NCBI GenBank assembly: GCA_965644295.1
Contig: CBFFRP010000187.1
Span: 1-16,239, forward strand
DNA length: 16,239 nt
Source of the DNA: Paraphysomonas bandaiensis
Lineage: Eukaryota; Protista; Chrysophyceae
Direction: 5' to 3'
Shown: one piece after another, positions 8,991 to 16,239 of the stretch
How positions within the stretch are numbered: position 1 is the first letter of the stretch
How the letters are laid out: each line of letters begins with the position of its first letter
Made by a program: the position numbers and the translations under genes
The notes under the pieces: model-generated
Seen by the model: only the letters and a program-made list of their open reading frames with translations
What the model was told of the DNA's origin: nothing
Database searches by the model: none

Positions 8991-10173
8991 GGTTGAATCA
9001 ACGCAAAATCTCGGTGTTACATGTGGTGTACCAGCGAGCCTACACACTATGGCTACATTGTCGGAATGGGTCAATTTCTATTATAATTATCTAATAAACA
9101 ACACTGTGACTGAGTATAATTAGAAGCTATCTCAGAATATATCAGTTCCTCACACAACGACCTTCCCCCCACTACCTCCCGATTCGCTTCCCATTCTATG
9201 AAACTCTTCCAGTGGTTTGAACAATAAGCGTGGCGCTACATAGAGCCCATACGCCACATCTCGCCGCCTAGAGTTCCTGTAAAAATGCCTTTTCAAGATT
9301 TCTATAGTTCCCAAAGAAAAATTTACGAGCACGATTTCCCAGAGCGCTATATAACATCTTCCTTTCGAGGGTGAGATATGTTACAGGTGGCGATAACTGC
9401 ACGATCACAGGATAGCACTCGGGAAGAAGATACACAGAATAAATGCAAAGTAATCACCGTAGCTTAGTATCTCTGGGGTCACAGCGCCACATATTCACTG
9501 AAGACTCTCCACTAAGCTCCAATCCTTGAATTACAGCCTCATAATGAAAATGTTATACTCCTTTCGCTTCGCAGGCTACGACAACATGGGAGAACATTCA
9601 GAACGCTCAGAAGTATTTTCACGTGTGCAGTGAATAAAGATCCACATTTGCAAACCATACTCGAAGTCCCGAACGTCATCAGCGAGATAGCACTCGAGAA
9701 ATGTTCGTATGCGTCTATTAGGAATGTAACTGCTAGGATAGCATGGGAGTGCAAACACGTCAATAATCTGAAGCGGACATGTTCGGATTGACAAAGCACG
9801 GGGATGTTTAATCCACAGTAGATGCGGAATCTACACATGCATATATCCACATAGTGAACAACTCTGCTTGAAATGCAGCAAAACACAAACTGAAAATTCA
9901 ATTCCTTGAAGTTGATTGAAGTTCAAGTTTACGCACTTCTTAACTTCATCTCTTCACACAGCTGCTCCTCCTTTCGACAAAACTGTTTAAGTTTCGGAAT
10001 CCAGAGTTGCTTGTTCTCATCAGACTATACTCAGCTACCGCATCCTCAATACTAGAGTCCACTCTATGAGTTTATTCTTCAATGGATTATTTCAGTCTTA
10101 ATTCGAGTAATTGCTTGCTGTATATATGCATCACTCATCTCATGATGTGATGTCGTTAATAGCTGCGTCCTTA

Positions 10174-10301
10174 CGTACTGATAGATACGTACTGATAGAT
10201 TCACACTGCTAAGATACGTACTGATAGATATGTACTGATAGATACGTACTGATAGATTCACACTGCTAAGATACGTACTGATAGATATGTACTGATATAC
10301 A
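10174..10301. repeat. 14/15-bp minisatellite (YGTACTGATAGATA) with a 57-bp higher-order duplication
   Basis: Nine units. The block 10188-10244 is repeated near-exactly at 10245-10301, including the variant unit CACACTGCTAAGATA. Confidence 0.92.
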
Positions 10302-10499
10302 TAGATACTGTGCTACAGTATGGTGCACAGATACACATATGCCTACGTATAATACCGTATGTATTTGTGTTCAAACACTGTATAACTGATCCATCATACA
10401 GTGTATGTGCGGTATGTACGCTACAGCAGTCCCTATACATAACAGCAGGTGAGAAGGATACTGTATTACCACTGTATGACACGATCGTATGAGGATCTC

Positions 10500-10672
10500 C
10501 ATATGTATATATATGTATATATACCCATACATACATACATGTACAGTGTACAGTACATACATACATATGTACATCTACCTATACACACACACACACACAT
10601 ACATACATACACATATTACAGTGCCAGTTACTGTCATAGCCATAGTCTGATTATACACATACATATATATAA
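10500..10672. repeat. Compound AT/ATAC/AC microsatellite immediately upstream of the large gene
   Basis: Runs of (AT)n, (ATAC)n and (AC)n. Confidence 0.85.
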
Positions 10673-10685
10673 CAACTAATCAACA

Positions 10686-13600
10686 ATGGAGGAACCCTTC
10701 GATATCGATAAACTCAGTCCAGAGGATCGTGCTCTATTTGATGCAATGGTCCAGGAGGAGATGATGAAGCTTGAACAAGATTTTAAGAGAGAGGCGGTGT
10801 CAGAGGGTTATACAGTGCCATCTGATGATGATAGAGGCTATATGGGGGCATATGACGGACATGAGAGGGAAGACAGAGATGTCTATGAAAAAAGGGACAA
10901 ATTTGAGGACAAATATGATAAATATGAGGACAAAGAGAGATACGGGGGCAAATATACAGACAGAGTGAGAGATACGCAGCATCCGAGTCCTAATTCACTT
11001 AATCCAAATCGATTAGCTTATAATAATGCACTTGGTGTAAATGGAGTGGGTATGAATTTTGGACAATCTGAGGATACACACACGACAAAAGTGTCCAAAC
11101 AGCGTGAGTATGCACGACAGTTGCAGCAAGACCAGCAACAGGGTGGCGGGAGCATACCTGTGGGTGGATCTCGTCGATCAGCCTCTGCTAATGTACGAAG
11201 ACATCAAGCACAGTCGGGTAGGGGTGCAGCTCCTGCGGATGACAGTGATATCGTAGTGCTGGCATCCTCCAGATCCCAGGGTGCTGGGGTGGGAGGAAGG
11301 CGGGGTGGAAGAATGTCAGAGGTGGAGGAACGACGAGCTAAGATCGAGAAGCAGAAACAATACGCTCGAGAGCTGGAAGAGCAAATGCAGGAGCAGAAAG
11401 CTCAGGTACGTGAGAGTCCACCCCGCCACCCCTCGTCTCGGCGTCCCTCCAGTCCACCTATGAGCTCGCCTTTTGGAGCAGGACAACCTTCAGCACGGGA
11501 CTTGAAATTGAGAAAGCAACAGGAGTATGCTAGACAGCTAGAGCAAGACAAGGCAGCAAGAGAATGCGGGGGTGCAGATAGCAGACGAAATAGCGATGCT
11601 CGCGTTCATCATGACCCACACGCCCGTCATCCTTCCTCAAGGCGACCACCAGATAGCCCTTCTATGAGTTCTCCATTTGGTGCTGGAAAATTAGCAACGA
11701 GAGATTTGAAGCAGATGAAGCAGCAGGAATATGCTAGACAGCTTGAGCTTGATAAAATGGCGAGAGATAGCTCCAGAAACGAGATTGCTAGTGAAAGGAG
11801 ACAGAGTGGAGGTAGACGAGCTGGCGAATCTGTCAGCGACCAGTACAACCACAAGTCTCCCCACTCTTCTCGACGAACGTCTAGTCCTCCTATGAGTTCT
11901 CCATTTGGTGCTGGAAAATTAGCAACGAGAGATTTGAAGCAGATGAAGCAGCAGGAATATGCTAGGCAGCTTGAGCAAGATATGTTAGCGAGAGACAGCT
12001 CTAGGCGTGATGGTGTAGATAGCAGACGTAACAATGACGCGTATGCTCAACATGACACTTACGAACGCCGTCCTTCCCGGCGAACGTCTAGTCCTCCTAT
12101 GAGTTCTCCATTTGGTGCTGGAAAATTAGCAACGAGAGATTTGAAGCAGATGAAGCAGCAGGAATATGCTAGACAGCTTGAGCAAGATATGTTAGCGAGA
12201 GACAGCTCTAGGCATGATGGTGTAGATAACAGACGTAACAATGACGCGTATGCTCAACATGACACTTACGAACGCCGTCCTTCCCGGCGAACGTCTAGTC
12301 CTCCTATGAGTTCTCCATTTGGTGCTGGAAAATTAGCAACGAGAGATTTGAAGCAGATGAAGCAGCAGGAATATGCTAGACAGCTTGAGCTTGATAAAAT
12401 GGCGAGGGATAGCTCCAGAAACGAGATTGATGGTGGAAGAACACCCACCAATATGAGGGCTGCTCGTCACAGGGCATTGCATGAGGATGATTCATCTGGT
12501 GCGTACTTTGGACCTGGGGGAGGGAAGGAGACAGATAGAGCGACCAAACGGCGTGAACAGGAGGAATACGCTAGACAGATCAGAGAGGCCTCGTCGAAGG
12601 CCGAGATTACTTCCCCCAGGCACAGCATCAGTAATAGACGCAAACGTGATCATGACCAACAGCAGCAAGGTGGTTCAATGACTAGCCTCGCTCTCCCGGG
12701 CGGAGATGTGAACACAGCGGTTCTTAGACGCAATAAGAGGGAACAACAAGAGCGGTATAGGGAGGCACTCGATGAGTGCGCACATGCAGCTCCAGTTGAC
12801 TCAAGTCGTGCACCACTTCGTCAGAGAGACAGGGGAGAGGGTGATGTAGGAGGGTTCACTCCTGCAGGGCTCATTGGACACCATGAGACTGAGTCTGAGC
12901 GTCGCAATCGTAAGAAGGAGAGCCAGCGGCAGTACTATGAAGATCTATCGCGAGAGCAGAAGCAGCAATTGGACCCGAGAGATCTCGCGCATCCCAGCCC
13001 GATGCAGCATCGCGTGTCTCCTATTACCACCAAAGAGCGGCCGCCTGCGTACCAAGATCAGGAACAAAGGCATTACGAAGAGCGATATAGCGAACCTCGT
13101 TATGGCATGCAACCAAGTGCAAGTGAGTTGTTAGCAGAAGATCCCGAGGAGGCTGAATACCTCAAAATGCTTAAAGAGAAGGCCGCCCGACGTGTGGGAG
13201 TAGGTATTGCAGATAGACAGCACAGGGAATATGAACAGGAGGCGCATTATGAACATGGTAACAGAGGACATCAACAGCATCCCAAGAGTGTACCAAGGGG
13301 ATACGAAGAGCAGTATCCCGGTCCGTATGAAAGAAACGATTATACGACCCACCATCAGCAGCCATCAAAACAAGAAATTGATCACGATAGAGTGAGGTTT
13401 CGCGAACAGCAACCTGTGCGTCCAGAACCAGCAGCAGCAGACCCTTCCCATAGGTATCAGCAGCCTTCTACTTCGCAATGCACTGGTCTTGTGATAGGTG
13501 GCATGACAGTATTGACGGCTGCGGAGCGCGCTGAAAAACAGCGGCAACAAAGGCAATATGCGATAGATGTGGCTGCAGCGAAAGAGCAGAAGCCGGTTTC

Positions 13601-13865
13601 TCTGGAGCGGGAGAGCTGGGCGGAGAGGAATCGGTACAAAGGGAATGGACTTCCTGGAGAATACAAAGGAGATTCATCTGTGATGCGTAGACATGACGAC
13701 CTAGAGCCTGGTTCGGAAGGCCATCACAGGATGCAACGTCGGGGGAAGCAGGAAGAATATGCCGCACAACTACAGCAACAGATACAAGACAAGGTATGAT
13801 TGAGCTTCTTTGATTGTATTACGATGATGTCTAATCTGCAGCGGAGCCGTGCACCGTACTATTAG
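10686..13865 (+). CDS. Large disordered/coiled-coil repeat protein (~1044 aa), CSPP1/CCDC66-like motif repeats; exons 10686-13793 and 13842-13865
   Basis: 3.1-kb uninterrupted ORF starting in a CAACAATGG context. About 12 KQxEYxxQL-type helices, ending in KQEEYAAQLQQQIQDK. Predicted 48-nt intron 13794-13841 (AAG|GTATGA...CTAAT-CTGCAG) gives the C-terminus RSRAPYY*. The family call rests on motif resemblance only. Confidence 0.85.
11420..12430 (+). repeat. Intragenic in-frame tandem repeats, 5 units of 204-228 bp (core MSSPFGAGKLATRDLKQMKQQEYARQLE)
   Basis: Core ATGs at 11460, 11664, 11892, 12099 and 12306 (spacings 204, 228, 207, 207). The last four cores are nearly identical at DNA level. 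Confidence 0.95.
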
Positions 13866-14402
13866 ACTAACTGACTAATCAAGGTCATGTGGTTGATTGT
13901 ATTCATATTATTTCTGGATGATTTTGTCTGGTTTTGTACACTGAAATAAAGTGTCTATTACTGTCGACACCCCTACAGGGTTCTAAAAGAAATTACTTTG
14001 TGTGTACATCTTATTCCCGCCACGGTTGTTTAAAGTTGCGTTTTTGAATTTGGTATCCAGCAATGAGTGTTATCTTGTAGTCATTTGTTCCAACGTTGTC
14101 GAAATGAACTATTAAATAAAAATGTATATGTTTATGATAATGTTCAGTGTAAGGAGTTGCACATTTGTAGTATGAATACTTAAAACCGTTATGTTACGGA
14201 TAACTATAGTCGTCTACCTCACGAGACCCAGGGTTGAGTAAGAATTAATTAATTGCACTTACTTGTGTAATTTCAGTAGTTGATATATATATTGATATTG
14301 GTTTATAATTTTCATTATAAATTGATAGGGAATCAATTAATTGAAAACAGTTTGTATTATAGGTAGTAGCTAGAATCATAGTCAACATTATACATATATT
14401 AA

Positions 14403-14580
14403 AAGTCTTATTATTTAGCAATAGGCGTTAAAAATCTGCACCAGTGTAGTGGCTAGTGGAATGCTAGACAGACTATATTTAGACCTCTACCCATAACTAA
14501 TCAGTACAAACTCTATTATCCTACTATTTAGCGCTACAGAAGCTGCTTGTGCGTCGCCGCAAGCACCAAGGTGCGACCAC
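14403..14580 (-). mobile_element. 3' fragment (copy E) of the structured retroposon, inverted
   Basis: Reverse complement GTGGTCGCACCTTGGTGCTTGCGGCGACGCACAAGCAGCTTCTGTAGCGCTAAATAGTAGGATA...TTAACGCCTATTGCTAAATAATAAGA aligns with ~2513-2653. Confidence 0.75.
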
Positions 14581-14859
14581 CAATATTATACACGCATTGT
14601 ATTTTATCACAATATTCTGTGTGCTTCTTCTCTAGGAACAACTTTATATGTTGTGAAACACAACCATATTGGAATCAACAGTTATACATACTACTAGCTA
14701 CTAGCTAAGAAGCGTTTACCTTCAAGCCAATAAATAATATTTTGCTCTGTAGCTAGCAGGGCTGCGTAACAACTAATTATCAATTATAATTGCAATTACT
14801 ACTTGCTGTCCCAATTTCAATTATTAACAATTAACACGAAGCCCTGTTATATAGGGTTG

Positions 14860-14948
14860 TCCTCAACAAAGTCGAACCCACACCTTGTCGTGGTGTCTGG
14901 TGGGGGATAAGTACCGGAGATATTTCTCCAGGAAACTAACGTGAGCCG
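14860..14948 (+). ncRNA. Putative HDV-like ribozyme, copy B
   Basis: ACC-TTGTCGT-GGT; AGTA-CCGGAGA-TATT-TCTCCAG-GAA-A-CTAA-C-GTGAG. P1 and P4 carry mismatches. Confidence 0.45.
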
Positions 14949-15199
14949 CATATATAGTCAGCAGATATTATTCTGCCCACTCATATAGAAGCCAAATGCT
15001 TGCGTGGTACAAGGGAAACTAATAAGTGTCACTTATGTAGACGTCTTTTGGACCTTAACGAATAAACAGGCATCCGGGAATGGACCCACCTCAAGAGCAT
15101 CCAGGCTGTCTGCTGAAGTCAAACATCCGGGTTGTTCACCTGAAAGAATCAAAAATCCTGACGTCAGCAGATGCCAGGCTTATCAAAATTCTGCTTATT

Positions 15200-15374
15200 T
15201 GTGAATGTCTTGTTATTCGCAATAAGCGTTTAAGAGTCACTGTTTAACTCTGATATCCTACTATTCAAGAAAGTGCCCACTATATATGCGGCTCACGTTA
15301 GTTTCCCGGAGAAATACCTCCGGTACTTGTCCCTCAAACATCACGACAAGGTGCGAGTTCGACTTTGTTGAGGG
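15200..15374 (-). mobile_element. Copy C: internally deleted (~175 bp) copy with both termini, inserted in reverse into copy B/D
   Basis: Its reverse complement is the 5' ~97 nt of the element fused to the 3' ~70 nt. It is flanked by direct repeats TCAAAATTCTGCTTATT (15183-15199) and TCAACATTCTGTTTGTT (15381-15397), 14/17 identical. Confidence 0.8.
15289..15374 (-). ncRNA. Putative HDV-like ribozyme, copy C (best P1/P2/P4 pairing)
   Basis: Reverse complement: CCCTCAAC aaagtcgaa CTCGC ACC TTGTCGT GAT GTTTGAGGG aca AGTA CCGGAG gtattt CTCCGG GAA a CTAA c GTGAG. P3 has one mismatch. Confidence 0.55.
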
Positions 15375-16239
15375 TGGGGGTCAACATTCTGTTTGTTCAC
15401 TAGGTTTACTTTGAGTGATTGAGCGAAGTGGTTGCACCTTGGTGCTTGCATAATAGCCACAAGCAGCTATCGTAGTGTTTTCTTGAATAGTCACTAGCTA
15501 GCTAGTTAGTTAAATTTAGTTCTGGCTCGTAAACGTCTATTAACTACACTATAGGCATAGCAATATAGCTGCAAACTATAGCTGTAGAAGTCGGTAATAC
15601 TATTTAATTTTGAGTTTATTACTGTTATATATGTATTTGAAGTCAGTCGTACACGATGTGATATTATAATATTCAGGAGAGGCAAATGTCAAAGGTACTA
15701 CATACTAAATAACTGAAATATCCTGCAATTACCAGAGCCAGTACTGGTATTAATCAATTAATATATATTGTTTACATTGTATGCGCACAATTTAGTCTCC
15801 GTTCGTGTGTATAATCATTAAATTAAAAAAAAGAGTTTGTGCAGTAAAGCCAGTGCTACATCATCATCATGTAAGTATATTGCACATAAACATAACACCT
15901 CTAGTACTAACCCAAAATGACAACATACTCTCGTGGCCCTCCAAACAATAAAATAAAGTATAATCCGCAATCCCTATAGCGGTTGCGGAAAATGAAGTCT
16001 ACAATAAAACAAGCGACACATGATAGCATATGCGATAAAAGAAGTGAGATCATACAGCGCAAATAAAAGATACACACAAGCAGTAAGTATCAAATATCAT
16101 TTCATAGAAAAAGATTCCGAGACGAATATTTGATTTCTTTTCTTGTCATTGAACAGTACATTCAGTATACAATCCATGAAGTGGGAAGTTAAGTTCATCC
16201 GAGATCGCAAACAATGGTACATGTGTTCGAGCTTAGCAA

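Larger units (their letters stand above)
14860..15545 (+). mobile_element. Copy B/D of the structured retroposon, interrupted by inverted copy C
   Basis: 14861-15199 aligns with ~2151-2480, and 15381-15545 aligns with ~2466-2645. Confidence 0.8.

Noticed and set aside
9975-10030. Hammerhead-like core on the minus strand (CTGATGAG...CGAAAC)
   Set aside because: Stem II pairs only with an extra bulged C, and no stem I can be formed in type I or type III permutations. Likely chance.
10174-10301. Repeat array as CRISPR or telomeric repeat
   Set aside because: No unique spacers, internal location, and the unit is unlike known telomere repeats.
10079-10679. Several short Y/I/H/M-rich ORFs
   Set aside because: Translations of mini/microsatellites.
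11627-13767. Antisense and alternate-frame ORFs within the large gene
   Set aside because: Shadow ORFs mirroring the sense-strand repeats, with no independent evidence.
15004-15204. 66-aa ORF in copy B
   Set aside because: The frame is not preserved in copy A (indels), so the element appears non-coding.
15964-15989. GC hairpin TCCGCAATC...GGTTGCGGA as a Helitron 3' end or terminator
   Set aside because: No CTRR terminus at the expected distance on either strand. Intrinsic terminators are not relevant in this eukaryotic context.
16199-16209. 11-bp match CCGAGATCGCA also present near 7644
   Set aside because: The flanks do not extend the alignment, so it is compatible with chance.

Overview
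This is eukaryotic genomic DNA, probably from a protist (stramenopile-like by inference). It has an AT-rich intergenic background and 44-48 nt GT-AG introns. Two intact host genes are visible: a COPI-associated/Golgi membrane protein (6615-7276) and a ~1044-aa coiled-coil repeat protein with about 12 KQxEYxxQL motifs, CSPP1/CCDC66-like (10686-13865). The rest is largely mobile-element material: a 2.76-kb TIR DNA transposon (3215-5975, TA-flanked, with a frameshifted transposase-like C-terminus), a LINE-type RT relic, a Penelope-type RT relic, and mini/microsatellites. The main observation is a ~510-bp non-coding, highly structured dispersed element. It occurs in 4 copies or fragments: 2150-2661; 14403-14580 inverted; 14860-15545; and 15200-15374 inverted and nested in the previous copy with a ~17-bp target-site duplication. 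Its first ~87 nt fold like the HDV-type self-cleaving ribozyme at the 5' end of trypanosomatid ingi/L1Tc/SIDER retroposons. It is therefore a candidate ribozyme-headed non-autonomous retroposon family. All structure and family assignments were made by eye and need alignment, folding and cleavage tests.
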